Assembly: GCF_963921235.1 (NCBI RefSeq)
Contig: NC_086097.1
Span: forward strand, 185,320,001-185,384,000
Direction of reading: 5' to 3'
Source: Mobula hypostoma
Taxonomy: Eukaryota
Length of the DNA: 64,000 nt
Position 1 is the first letter of the stretch, and each line of letters starts with the position of its first letter. The notes beneath the pieces were generated by a model. It was not told the DNA's origin, did not search any database, and was given only the letters and a program-made list of their open reading frames with translations. The position numbers and the translations under genes are program-made. Below, in pieces: positions 50,242 to 63,091 of this stretch.

Positions 50242-52276
50242 TCAACCACTAACTGCTTTAAAAAGTCACCTTGAAACCATTCTACAAAATCCCTCCCTGG
50301 GGATCCAGCACCAACCTATTTTTTCCAGTCTACCTGCATATTGAATTCCCCATGACTTTGTAACATTGCTGTTTTTACGTGCCTTTTCTAACTCTCATTT
50401 TAATTTTTACCCCACAGACTAGCTACTGTTGTCACCTCTTTCTAAGGATTTGTTTTCACTTTTTGCTAATAGAGCCACCCCAACCCTCTACCTACCTGAT
50501 TGGCCTTTCTATACAATGTGAATCCATGGATATCAAGCTCACAATTTTTATCTTCTTTAGCCACAACTCGATAATGCCCACGATGTCATACCTAGCAATC
50601 TCCAACTGCATTATCTACCTTATTCCATATACTGTGTGCATTCAAATATAACACCTTGAGTCTTGTATTAATTTTCAATTTTGCTCTGTTACACTTCAGC
50701 TCATCCCACTGACTACAATTTTGCCCTATCACTTGTCTGTCCTTCCTCATTGTCTTACTACACACTACATCTACTTGTATACCAACCGTTCCGTCCTCAG
50801 TCCTATCACTCCACTTCCCATCCCTCTGCCAAGTTAGTTTGAACTCTCCCCAAAAGTTCTAGCAAATCTGCCGCAAAGATAATGGTCTCCCTTGAGCTCA
50901 GGTATAACTCATCCTTTTTGTACAGGTCTTACCTTTCCTAGAAGAGATCCCAATGATCTAGAAATCTAAAACACTGTCCCTGGCACCAATTTCCCAGCCA
51001 CACATTCATCTGCCAAATCATCTTATTCCTACCCTCACTGGTGCGTGACCCAGGCATCAATCCAGAGATTACTAGCTTTGAGGTCCTGCATTTCGGCTTT
51101 TTACTTAACTTGCTATATTCTCTCTTCAGGACCTCATCGTTTTTCCTACCTCCATTGTTGGTACCAATATGTACCACGACTTCCGGTTGTTCACCCTCCC
51201 CCTTTGAAATGCTGTGGACCTGATCCAAGGCATTCCTGACTCTGGCACCCAGGAGGCAACATACCCTTCGAGTATCTCTTTCACATCCACAGAATCTTCT
51301 GTCTGTTGCTCTATGAAATCCCCTACCACTACTGTATTCTTTTTCTCTCTCCTTTCTTTCTGAGCCACAGCACCAGATTCAACGACGGAGACCCAGTCGC
51401 TGCAGCTTCCCCTGTTGTCATCCCCCACAACAGATTCCAAAGTGGTGTATTTATTATTGAGGGTAACATCCACAGGGGTACTCTACCTTGGCTGCCTATC
51501 CTCTTTCCCTGTCCAGATAGTCACCTAGGGACTTGCCTCCTACAGCTTAGGGGTAACTACCTCCCTGTAGCTCCTATCTGTCACCTCCTCATTCTCCGGT
51601 CTGAGCTACAGCTCCAGTTCCTTAACATGTCCTCCAATGAACTGCAGTTCAGTGCACTTCATACAGATGTAGTTATTAAGGAGACTGGAAGTCTGTCAGA
51701 CTAAGAATATGCCACTAATCCTGGATCCATTCTCAATGTACTAGCTACGTACTACCAGACAAAGAAAGAGAAAAAAAACTGACTAGCAACTTACTTAAAG
51801 CCAGTTCTCACCGAAGCTGCCCACTCTAACCCTGGCCACTTCAACATTGGCTGCTCCCACAATGGCCGCTCCGTTTATACCTCACTTCTTTTTATTGGCC
51901 CTTGCTAAGTTACTAATGATCCAAGTGATTTCCTGCTCTGCAGACAAGACCTGACAGGGCTCACTCATTTTTATAAAACTGCTGAGTAAACTCCACAAGG
52001 AGTTGTCTAAGACTCTCTCTGCAACCTCCCACTAGGAAGACACGTCCCGACAAGTGCCACCCACTTTTTTTTTGAGACACATCTGACGACACGAAGCTAT
52101 ACTTGCTAAATGACAACTTCCAGATGACATTGAACCAGCTTGTCTGCAACCACATGATTAGACTGTTCTATTTCTTTATTTAGAGATATAATACAGAAAA
52201 AAGCCCTTCTGTCCCTTCAGCTACCCAATTACTCCTATGTGACCCATAAATCTACCAAACCCTACATCTTTGCAAT

Positions 52277-53795
52277 CTCCAGTTCTGAAGGAAGTAGCTG
52301 GAGAGATTGGAGAGGCATTAACGATGATCTTTCAAGAATAGATAGATTTTGGCATTGTACCAGATGACTGGAAAATTGTAAATGTTACTCTGCTATTTAA
52401 GAAGGGTGGGAGGCAGCAGAAAGGAAATCATAGACCTGTTAGCCTGATATCAGTGGTTGGGAATCGATTGTTAGGGATGAGATTACGGAGTACCTGGAGG
52501 CACCTGACAAGATAGGCCAAAACCAGCATGGTTTCCCGAAAGGAAAATCCTGCCTGACAAACCTACTGCAATTCAAGAGGAAATTACAAGCAGGGTAGAC
52601 AAAGGAGATACAGAAGACATGGTGAACTTGGATTTTCAGAAGGCCTTTGACAAGGTGCCACACATGAGGCTGCTTAGCAAGATAAAAGCCCATGGAATTA
52701 CAGGGAAGTTACTAGCGCAGGTGGAGCATTGAGTGGGAATAAAGGGATCCTATTCTGGCTGGCTGCCAGTTACCAGTAGAGTTCCACAGGGGTCGGTGTT
52801 GGGACCACTGCTTTTTATTATGTATGTCAATGACTTAGACGATGGTATTAAAGGATTTGTGGCTAACTTTGTCGATAATACAAAGATAGGTGGAGGAGCA
52901 GGTAGTAAGGAAACACAGAGCCTGCAGAGAGACTGAGATAGTTTAGGGGAATGGGCAAAGAAGTGGCAAATGAAATGCAATGTTGGAAAGTGTATGGTCA
53001 CTTACTTCGATGGAAGAAATAAACGGGCAGATTATTATTTAGATGGGGAGAGAATTCAAAATGCAGAGATGCAAAAGGACTTGAGAGTCCTTGTGCAGGA
53101 TACCCTAAAGGTTAACCTCCAGGTTGAGTCGGTTGTGAAGAAGGTGTATGCAATGTTGGCATTCATTTCTAGAGGTATAGAATATAAGAGCAGGGATGTG
53201 ATGTTGAGGCTCTACAAGGCACTCGTGAGACCACACTTGGAGTATTGCGTGCAGTTTTGGGCTCCTTATTTTAGAAAGGATGTACTGACATTGGTGAGGG
53301 TTCAGAGAAGATTCACAAGAATGATTCCAGGAATGAAAAGGTTACTATATGAGAAAAGTTTGGCAGATCTTGGGCTGTATTCCTTGGAGTTCAGGAGAAT
53401 GAGGCCGATCTCATTGAAACATTCTGAATGATAAAAGGCCTGAACAGGTTAGATACGGCAAAGTTATTTCCCATTGTAGGGGATTCTAGGACAAGAGTGC
53501 ATGACTTCAGGATTGAAGGATGTCCTTTTAGAACTGAGATGCGGAGAAATTACTTTAGTCAGAGGGTGGTAAATCTGTGGAATTTGTTGCCACGAGCGGT
53601 TGTGGAGGCCAAGTCATTGGGTGTATTTAAGGCAGAGATAGATAGGTTCTTGATTAGCCAGGGCATCAGAGGGTATAGGGTGAAATTAGGGAAGTGGGGA
53701 TGACTGGAAGGATTGGATCAGCACATGATTGAATGGTGGAGAAGACTCAATGGGCCGAATGGCCTACTTCTGCTTCTATATCTTATGGTCTTATG
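52277..53795 (+). mobile_element. CR1/L2-type LINE, 5'-truncated
   Basis: VPQGSVLGPLLF, RPHLEYCVQFWAP and LGLYSLEFRR; TCTTATGG tail. Confidence 0.93.
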
Positions 53796-53925
53796 GAATG
53801 TGGGAGGAAACTGGAGCACCCAGAGGAATGCCATGTGGTCATGGGGAGAATGTACAAACCCTTTACAAGCAATGGCAGGAATAGAACCCAGTTCAATGGC
53901 ACCATAATAAAGTTATGCTGACTGC
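53796..53925 (-). mobile_element. SINE head fragment; companion piece at about 52165-52276 (split by the CR1)
   Basis: GGAATGTGGGAGGAAACTGGAGCACCCAGAGGAA core, as in the other SINE copies. Confidence 0.65.
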
Positions 53926-54009
53926 TGAACAATGATCAGTACCTACCTATCAGTTTTATGTATAAGATCATAGGTATTTGGTGTATCATTTCTTCTGTTT
54001 TTCAGTGCT

Positions 54010-54218
54010 GGCTCTGTGGAATATACTGCCAATGAAGGTGGTAGAGGTAGATACAGTAGGGTCTTTTAAGAGACTCTTAGATAGGTACATGGGGTTTAGA
54101 AAAATAGAGGGCTATGCGGTAGGGAAATTCTAAGCAGCTTCTAGAGTAGATTACATGGTCAGCACAACACTGTGGGCCGAAAAGCCTGTTAATGTGCTAT
54201 AGATTATCCATGTTCTGT
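54010..54218 (+). mobile_element. CR1/L2 3'-end fragment
   Basis: Closely matches 23465-23665 (GGGTCTTTTAAGAGACTCTTAGATAGGTACATGG). Confidence 0.85.
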
Positions 54219-55689
54219 GAAACCTTATTTTAATTTAAGAAACTTTCCGAAGTCTCTACAGTTACTATTTAATCGTTTGCAGATACTTTTTTCTCCAAAT
54301 GCTGAGGATCTGTATCAACATTTATCAATACTCATTCATAGATGCATAGTTCACACTTGTCACAGATGAATACAGATTTACTAGTTGACCGTGGATATGG
54401 ACATAATGAAACCTCATTAAAAACAGGTTGTCATGGCAAATGCTGCAAATATTATGATGGTAAATTTTGGTCTATCAAAATATTATTGGTTAAAGTTCAA
54501 AGTAAAGTTATTATTAAAGTACATACAGTATATGTCACCATATACAACCCTGAGATTAATTTTCTTGTGGGCATACTCAATAAATCCATAATAGAATAAT
54601 GACCATAATATAATCAATTAAAGACCGCACTAACTTGGGCATTTTACCAGTGTGCAAAAGATGACAAACTGTGTAAGTACAAAATTAAATAAATAATAAC
54701 AATAAATAAATAAATAATAAATATCAAGTACGGTGAGATGAAGAGTCCTTGAAGATGAGTCCATAAGTTGTGGGAACATTTCAATGATGGGGCAAGTGAA
54801 GTTGAGTAAATGGTTGCACTTAACTGCTGGGCCCAATTTTTTGAGTGTAACCATTTAATTTAAAAATGAAATGAACAAATGCTCCCTCTCAATTTGTACT
54901 TAAATCATCTTTGAATCTGTTAATTCCTTTGGTGCAATAGACTGTTCATTCTATATAATTTTTCCTCCAAGTCCATACTGAGATTCATCATATTGTAAAG
55001 GTGTGCTGTTTCCTTAAGATCCTAGTTTTCATGTGTCACAGACTTTAAGTTTTATCTTAATTTCTGCCCAAACTTCTATCCCTTTTATTGTTAAATCTCA
55101 GAGTGCCATCAGCATATCGGAAAGATGCATTGAAAATTTAATCAGATGTTGAGCAAATCTCAACAACTTTTGGATTCTTCTGGCATATGTATGAAAGCAA
55201 AATGGGGTGCTATTTTGGAGGGAAGAATTAGATTCATATTGGGGTAGGTTAAAAGGTTGGCACAATATTGTGAGTAGATGGGCCTGTACTGTGCTGCACT
55301 GGTCTAAGTTCTACATTCTATGTTCCAGCATCATTGTCAATGTCAGAACATCTCCAAACCTGCATTAACATGCACTGGTTGCACACCAAGTTCTTGCTCT
55401 ATAGCAAGGAAGTTCTGTCTTCGGAAGATTCATTTTATTTTTATTCAGTTTTTCTCCAAGCTCACTGCATCCTGGAAAATGTACACCAAAATAAACTAAT
55501 CCTTGAAAAACAGCTTGCTTATCCCAAAAGGCAAATGCTTCTAGCCTCATGGCCACTCTAATTCTTTTTTGCAGCCATGTATCCTCCAACGTATTTTCTG
55601 CATTGTCTTGGATGTCTCCCACAAGGCGACAGGGGTGCACGCCATCAGAAGGTCTTTTCTCAGTTTCCAAATGCCACCTGTCATAAGTC

Positions 55690-56091
55690 ACACACACAAA
55701 ATGCTGGAGGAACTTAACAGATCAGGCAGCATCTATGGAAATAAATAAACAGTTAACGGTTTGGGCTGAGACCTTTCTTCAGTACTGAAAAGAATGGAAG
55801 AAGATGACAAAATAAGAAGGTGGGGGAGAGGAGAAGAAAGATAGCTGGACAGTTGATAAGTGAAGCCAGTGGGTAGGAAAAATAAGGGCTACAGAGAAAG
55901 GAATCAGATAGGAGAGGAGACTGGACCAGAGGAGAAAGGGAAGGAGGAGGGGACCCGGGGGAAGTGATAGGCAGGTGAGAAAAGGTTAAAGGCCAGAGTG
56001 GGGAATAGGAGAAGAGGGGAAGGGGAGAAGGAGGGAATTTTTTTTACTGGAAAGAGAAATTATTATTCATGCCATCAGGTTAGAGGCTACC
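55690..56091 (-). mobile_element. Penelope-like pLTR and ORF end
   Basis: Colinear with 47281-47660; decayed hammerhead at about 55750-55786. Confidence 0.85.
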
Positions 56092-56093
56092 TG

Positions 56094-56656
56094 TGTTATT
56101 TTGTATGTACATAATAAAGAAATTTAGTTCCGAGAGTGTAATGCTGGCAGTTCACCCAGAAGTGGAAGTGATGTTGGGGAGTAAGTGGCACATGCTCAAG
56201 CAGAGCTGAAGCCATGAGATTGTATGGAGCTACAGCCATTACTGTGAATAAGTATGTGCCAGCGTTTAACCCACGGTGTTAGTCTTTATTAAGAACAAAC
56301 ATAACATAGTGTCAGAAGTCAGCATGAGGTCTAAACATGGAGATTAAATGTACCACAAGCGATTAAGGAAGAGAGGCTAGGTCCTGACAGAGAGAAACTG
56401 CTGGTCAGAGAGCAGGTTGTGTCTTGGAGCTGCTGTTGTTCGCAGAGTTCACCAAGAGCGATTCAGGTGACAGCCTAAAAATTCTGTCATGGATAAGCTC
56501 CCACACCAATACAGCTTACTGGCGATCTAACTGATAACTGGAAACACTTCAACCAGCAATTCAATGTATATTTAATGGCAATTAAAGCTGGAGGCATGGA
56601 GGAAAAATTGAAAGTGTGTCTTTCTACACATAATTGCTGAAGGTGCTTTGGACATC
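56094..56656 (+). mobile_element. Gypsy 5' fragment: LTR (56094-56306), PBS, start of gag
   Basis: LTR termini TGTTAT...ATAACA; PBS TAGTGTCAGAAGT (tRNA-Leu-like). gag starts at ATG 56489: IQLTGDLTDNWKHFNQQFNVYLMA...FLHIIAEGALDI, with frameshifts. Confidence 0.88.
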
Positions 56657-57236
56657 CAGAGTTGTCAGTTACAAAAAGATCCATGCCTACTTTCTGATAA
56701 GGTCTCTGAGGACTAGGATGTGGATGCAGTGGCTCCTTAGGGTGGCTAAGTTGGTACGTAAAGCATATTTCACAAGAAGACACCAATTCTGCAATTTCCT
56801 GATTCATCCTGGGCCAAAGCATCACTTCCCGTACCCTTCTCTTACATTTTTCAATACCTAGGTGGCCTTCATGAATTTTCCCAAGCATTTCTTTTCGGAG
56901 ACTTTTAGGAATCACAATTCTGCTACCTGTGTACAATATCCCATCCACAACAGAAAGTTCTGATCTGTGGTTCCAATATTCTTGTACTTCTGAGACCAGC
57001 CATGCCTATTATCTGGCCATCGATCCATCCATCCATCCATCACCACTTGCATTACCTGACTGAGAATTTTGTCCTTCTCTGTCTCAAGACACAGCAGTTC
57101 CAACTTTTCAGCAGAAATAGGTACAGTCTCTATGATCATATCAACAAATGCCTGAACATCAACAGCGTCCCTGTGGTTGTCTTTTGTTATCGGATCCACA
57201 GCTCTGGAAAGTGTATCAGCCATGTACATGAATTTT

Positions 57237-58531
57237 AGATTAGATTAGATTCAACTTTATTGTCATTGTGCCGAGTACAGATACAAAGCCAATGAAATGC
57301 AATTGGCATCTGACCAGAAATGCAAAGAATAATGTTATTTACAAAATAACTGCAAATAAAAAAAGTGCTACAGCACACAAATATAAAAGTACTGAGACAG
57401 TACAGTACAGATGCAATACTGCTTAGCGCTGTGATGTGAGTTTCAGCAGTGTCACAGCCTCAGAGAAGAAGCTCTTCTTGTGCCTGCTGGTGCGGGAGCG
57501 GAGGCTCCTGTAGCGCCTACCGGATGGGAGAAGAGTAAAAAGTCCATGGTTAAGGTGAGATGCATCCTTGATAATGCTTTTTGCCCTGCCCAGGCAGCGT
57601 TTATGGTAGATGTTCTCAACAGTTGGCAATTGGGTGCCGATAATCCGCTGGGCAGTTTTCACCACACGTTGGAGTGCTTTGCAGTCTGATACGGGACAAT
57701 TGTCATACCACACTGAGATGCAGTTGGTGTGTATACTCTCAATAGTACAGTGGTAAAAGTCCGTCAGTATCCTGGGACAGAGGTGAGCTTTCTTAATGCT
57801 CCACAGGAAATAAAGGTGCTGTTGCGCCTTTTTGATCAGGATGGAGGAGTTCAGGGACCAGGTGAGATCCTCGGAAATGTGGATACCAAGGAATTTGAAG
57901 CTTGATATACTTTCCGCTACAGTTCCGTTGATGTAGATGTGGACCGTGAGTGTGACTCCTGGCATGCCTGAAGTCCACAATGATCTCCTTGGTCTTCTGG
58001 ATGTTAAGGGCCAGACTGGTGTCGGCACACCACGCAGCCAGGTGCTGGACCTCGTCCCTTTAGGCTGTCTCGTCATCCCCTCTGATCAGACCAACCACCG
58101 TGGTGTCATCTGCGAACTTGATTATGGAGTTAAAACTAGGTACAGGAACGCAGTCATAGGTGAAAAGGGAGTACAGAAGAGGGCTCGGCACACAGCCTTG
58201 AGGCACACCGGTGTTCAGGGTGAGAGTGGAGGAGGAGAGGTTGTCAAATCTAACAGATTGGGATCTGTTAGTCAGAAAGTCCAAGGTCCAATTGCAGAGG
58301 GATGAGCCGATACCAAGCTGGCGAAGTTTGGTGATCAGCTTGGAGGGGATCACAGCATTGAATGCCGAACTAAAGCCAATGGACAGCATTCTGACGTAAG
58401 AGTTGGGACTGTCCAGGTGGGTCAGGGCAGAGTGAAGTGCCATGGAGATGGCATCCTCTGTTGACCTGTTGGTGCGATAGGCAAATTGATGGGGGTCCAG
58501 GGTAGAGGGCAGACAGAATTTCAGGTATGAT
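57237..58531 (-). mobile_element. Rex1/Babar LINE nested in Gypsy pol
   Basis: 8-bp TSD TGAATTTT (57229-57236, 58532-58539) splits the host peptide YTPGKF|MYMAD. Motifs [21 protein letters not shown] and FKFLGIHISEDLTW; (AATCT)n tail. Confidence 0.95.
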
Positions 58532-61120
58532 TGAATTTTCCAGGTGTGTATGACACATTCAATGCATATTTTTGCAATTTTATCATCATTTGCTGAATTC
58601 GCAAAGGACAGTCACTTAAAGGTTTGCGAAACAATGCAATCAAAGGCTTACGATCAGTTTCAACGTCAATAGATTGCCCTGACACAAACTGATGAAATCC
58701 CTCACAAGCAAACATAATGCTGAGCAAATCTTTTTCAATTTGGGCATACTGTACCTGGATCGGATAATGAACAAGGTGCATATGCCATTGGTAGCCATTC
58801 CTGATCATGTTTCTGGAGTAATACTGCCCCTAAGCCTGCTTGAGGTGCATCACATGAGATTTTGATGGGTCTCTCAGCATCATAGAATTTCAGCACAGGT
58901 TCTTTAGTGAGCACTTTCTTGAGATTTTGCCATGCCTTGTCCTGTTCATGATTCCAGCTCCATTCATTTTTCTTTTCTGTTAGCTGCCTCAGTGGAGCAA
59001 GCTGTTCTGAAAGGTTGGGTATGAATCTTTCCATGTAGTTGACTATTCCCATAAACCTTAGAACATCAGTTTTACATTGCGGAATTGGCATGTTCTCAAT
59101 AGCAGAAACCTTCAATGGATCAAGACGCACACCCTCAATGCTGATGATATCACCCACAAAGGTAAGTTCAGTCACTCCTAGCTGACATTATCTTTATTCA
59201 ACTTCAGGTTTGCCTTGCGTGTTGCCTCAAAGACTTGTCTGAGCTTGGCGTCGTGCTATCGTTCAGATGATCCGCAAACAATGATATCGTCCATGGATGT
59301 ACCTACGCCCTCAATGTGCTCATATAACATGTGAATGGTTTTATGGTACACTTCAGGAGCTGATGTAATTCCAAACGGAAGCCGAAGAAAACGGTATCTG
59401 GCAAAAGGAGTGTTAAAGGTACACAACTTGGAACTCGGTTCATCTAGTTTAAGTTGCCAGAATCCAGAGGATGCATCTAATTTACTAAAGTACTTTGTAT
59501 TAGCAAACTGTGACATAATTTCTTCATGAGTAAGCAATTTGAAATGCTGTCTTTTAATAGCTCAATTCAAGTCTCTTGGATCTAAGCAAATCCTCAGTTT
59601 TCCATTTTTTTTATCAACAATGACAGGTATATTGACCCGTTCAGTCGGTTCATCAATTTTTTTTTATGAATCCTAGCCATTCTATTCTGTCAAGCTCTGT
59701 TTTCAGTTGATGATGTAATGCAAAAGGTACTTTTCTACATGGATGTACTACGGGTGGCACTGTGTTGTCAATTTTGATCGTGTGCTCTCCTGGAAAACAA
59801 CCAAGCCCTTTGAACAACTCTCCATACTCTTTCATCAAGTCACTGTATTCTGACTCTGTGTCACTGTCCAAGACTAAGACTCTTTTCACTATATTCAGAC
59901 TCTCATAGGCAGATAAATCCAGTATTGACTGTACATTCTTTAGCACCACCACAAATGAAATCATGTGCACAATATTTTTGTGTGATACTTTTGCCACACA
60001 TGTTCCTTTAACTAGAATCTCTGCACCTGAATACCCAGTCACTTTTATATTTGTTCTTATGTAACTTTGGTCTTGGCTTTAATGCATTAAACTCAGATTC
60101 TGCAAGAACATTTACTTGTGCTACAGTATCAAGTTTAAACAGAATATTGTTTTGGTTCACTTGCAATGGAATAGTCCAGTCATTCTTACTTTCTTTGTTT
60201 TCACAAAGCACATCTATATAAAACTCCTCAAGTTCATTTTCAAACACTGCATTTACTTGTTTTATTTTCTTTCGACTTCTGCAACAGTGTGAAAAATGAT
60301 TACTCTTACCACAGTCATTGCACATTTTCCCATACGCTGAACACTGTTTAGGCCGGTGCTGCCGCCCACAGCGATCACATAGCTTTTTTCTCTCTGATGA
60401 GTCTTGCTCTCTGTCGGTTTTGTTGTCGTTTTATTATTATTTCTAATTTGTTTGCGCTTTTCCACAGCGTCTACCTGGCAGCTCTCAGTGAAAAGTTCTT
60501 TAGCCTGCAACGTCACTGTTTCCGAAGCTTTGCAAAGTATCAAAGCGTTTTCCAAATCTAAGTCTTGTTCTCGTAACAGTCTTTCTCTCAGACCATTATC
60601 CCAAATGCCACAAACAATTCTGTCTTTAATGAGAGAGTCTGTCAATTCTGCAAACTTGCATGTTTTGCTCCGGTGTCTCAACTCTAACACATTGATCAAT
60701 TGTTTCAACAGTTCTCTGTGTACATTTGAAAAATGTATACCACTCATACGTCACATTACGCTTCAGTATACAAAATGCTTCAAATTTGTCCATTATCGAC
60801 TTCAAATTTAAATTATCTCCATCTTCAAAAATAAAATGATTATATACCTCAATTGCATCATCATATATTACATGGAGTAGAAGCACAGCTTTTGTTTTTT
60901 CCCATTTTTTATCTGCTCCAATCGCCGATAAATATATTTCAAAATGCTGCTTGAAGTTTCTCCAGTTCTCAGCTATGTTCCCAGTCAGCTGAAGTGTCAG
61001 CAGAGGATGCAAACCTTCCATTTGTAAAACTGTTAGCAGACACCGAAACAGTACGAACTCTTTTTTCTTCGATTATCTTTGACTCTCCCGTGTTTGGAAA
61101 GGCATTATTCTTCCAGACCA

Positions 61121-61163
61121 ACTTCTGACACCACATTGTCTTCCAGAACCGCTTCTGACACCA
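61121..61163 (-). promoter_or_regulatory. Tandemly duplicated tRNA-Leu(CAA)-type PBS
   Basis: TGGTGTCAGAAG occurs twice on the minus strand, 30 bp apart (61151-61163 and 61121-61133). Confidence 0.85.
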
Positions 61164-61504
61164 TGTTGTGTTCTTTATATTTATACGTACTGTGGGTTAA
61201 CAATAAAGAATCATATTCTGGAAGAATTAGAACTTTTACTTACAGCAACAAAACCAAACCACATTTTTACCAAGCAATGTTCCAGATCGTTCTATCATTT
61301 CTGCACATGCTCAGAACTCTTTCTAATCACGTTCTGACACGTCATGTCTCCACAGATATGTCTAGGACAGTGGAGACTATATGATCTGAAAATAAGGAGC
61401 TGCACAGGGCAGAAACAACAGTGCATACTGTGAAAACAGAGGGGCAGAACACAAGGTGCTTCCCAAAGCAATAGCGTTGGCTACAGTTTTCTGAAGGTCT
61501 GAAG

Positions 61505-62178
61505 TAGGGTCCTCTTCGCAAACTCCCACGAAAACAGGAGTGCCCCCAAAGAATGAATGACAGTTAAATGTTAGAACCCCGAACTACTCCTCCCTCCCGC
61601 GCATAAGCAGATGCAAGCAGCAATCCCCCCTCCCCAACCGGCAAAAAACAGCATCGGCACCCGTCACCAAGCACTCAAGCATGAGCAAAGCAACAGCCAA
61701 GACACAGACTTGCAGTATTCCAAAGACTACATTGTTCACCTCACAGCATTCAACATACCACAGGCTCTCTCTCTCCCTAATAAGGGAGAAAGAGATGCCT
61801 TTGTTTCACAGCGAGAGACGAGACATAACAAACAACTTGCTGGTTTACGATGTTAAAAGTCCGATGCGTTGTTTTTTCTGAGCTCTTTGCCCAAAGATCT
61901 TGAGTCTCTGGGCACGTAGCCATAGATTTTCCAACTCCCCCGACGACACACTGCTCTCCTTCCTGGACACCGACCTACAATCTGCCCGTCTCCAGAGCCA
62001 CAAGATCTCGGCCCTCCGAAAACGAGCTCAGCTCTTAGGCCGAACCCTTTGTGTGCCGAACAACGGCCGGTTGTGAAACTTCAAGAGCCAGTCCCATTCC
62101 CGCAACAAACCGTAGTCAGCATGTAACTCCAGGTCAGGATCTTCAAAAGAACCCTGAAAGGGAAAAATAGAGATATGA
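61505..62178 (-). mobile_element. Probable non-coding interspersed repeat, family unassigned
   Basis: CpG-richer than its flanks, no ORF, LINE-3'-UTR-like end; recognised by style only. Confidence 0.35.
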
Positions 62179-62389
62179 AAGTTGCTGCCTGGACTCAGCA
62201 AGGTAGAGGTCAGACCACCACATTACAACAGAATCCCCTTTGTCTGCAGGTCCTGCCTGCCACTGATCCTACTTAATGTAAAAGTAATTAAGTTAAAATA
62301 TTAAAAACTGGTTGAGAACGTTAAAAGATAAATGCATTTGAAAATGTGAAATTGCTGTTAATTAATTAAATAAACTGGATTAAATAAGA

Positions 62390-63091
62390 CAATAAACTGG
62401 ACTGGTCTAAGAACACTGAGGCCGTCTACAAGAAGGGTCAGAGCCGTCTCTATTTCCTGAGGAGTCTGAGGTCCTTTAACATCTGCCAGACGATGCTGAG
62501 GATATTCTATGAGTCTGTGGTGGCCAGTGCTATCATGTTTGCTGTTGTGTGCTGGGACAGCAGGCTGAGGGTGGCAGACACCAACAGAATCAACAAACTC
62601 ATTTGTAAGGCCAGTGATGTTGTGGGGATGGAACTGGACTCTCTCACGGTGGTGTCTGAAAAGAGGATGCTGTCTAAGTTGCATGCCATCTTGGTCAATG
62701 TCTCCCATCCACTACATAAGGTACTGGGTGGGCACAGGACTACATTCAGCCAGAGACTCATTCCACCGAGATGCAACACAGAGCGTCATAGGAAGTCATT
62801 CCTGCCTGTGGCCATCAAACTTTACAACTCCTCCCTTGGAGGGTCAGACACCCTGAGCCGATAGGCTGGTCCTGGACTTATTTCATAATTTACATATTAC
62901 TATTTAACTATTTATTACTATTTTCTATTACTATTCTATTACTATTTATTATTTCTATGACTATTACTATTTACTAATAGTAGTATTACTATTACTATTT
63001 CTATTACTATTTATTATTTATGGTGCAACTGTAACGAAAACCAATTTCCCCCGGGATCAATAAAGTATGACTATGAACTATGACTATGACT
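62390..63091 (+). mobile_element. Rex1/Babar LINE 3' fragment
   Basis: NKLDWSKNT..VYKKGQSRLYFLR, FYESVVASAI.FAVVCW and KSFLPVAIKLYN. (TAT/TAC) low-complexity tract at 62890-63020; (ATGACT)n tail. Confidence 0.92.

Larger units (their letters stand above)
46687..51910 (-). mobile_element. Older near-full-length CR1-type LINE (5' UTR, esterase ORF1, ORF2 remnants), interrupted by two PLE insertions
   Basis: ORF1 motifs VVVGD and VVVHIGTNN...RFLDHWDLF (50938-51473); ORF2 motifs YLDFPKAFDKV and VLGPLLF; (TCTTATGG)n tail at 46687. Confidence 0.9.
56657..61369 (-). mobile_element. Gypsy/Ty3 element: 5' LTR, gag, PR, RT, RNase H, partial IN; 3' end missing
   Basis: gag LTGNIAENWRNFKQHFEIYL (61021); CCHC C..CGKSNHF..CC; PR FKLDT.A; RT LDASSGFWQ, LPFGI, MDDI; RH CDA...GLGAVLLQ, ETD.KPL; IN HEGHLGIEKC...C..C. 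LTR about 61164-61369 (outer edge uncertain). Confidence 0.93.
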
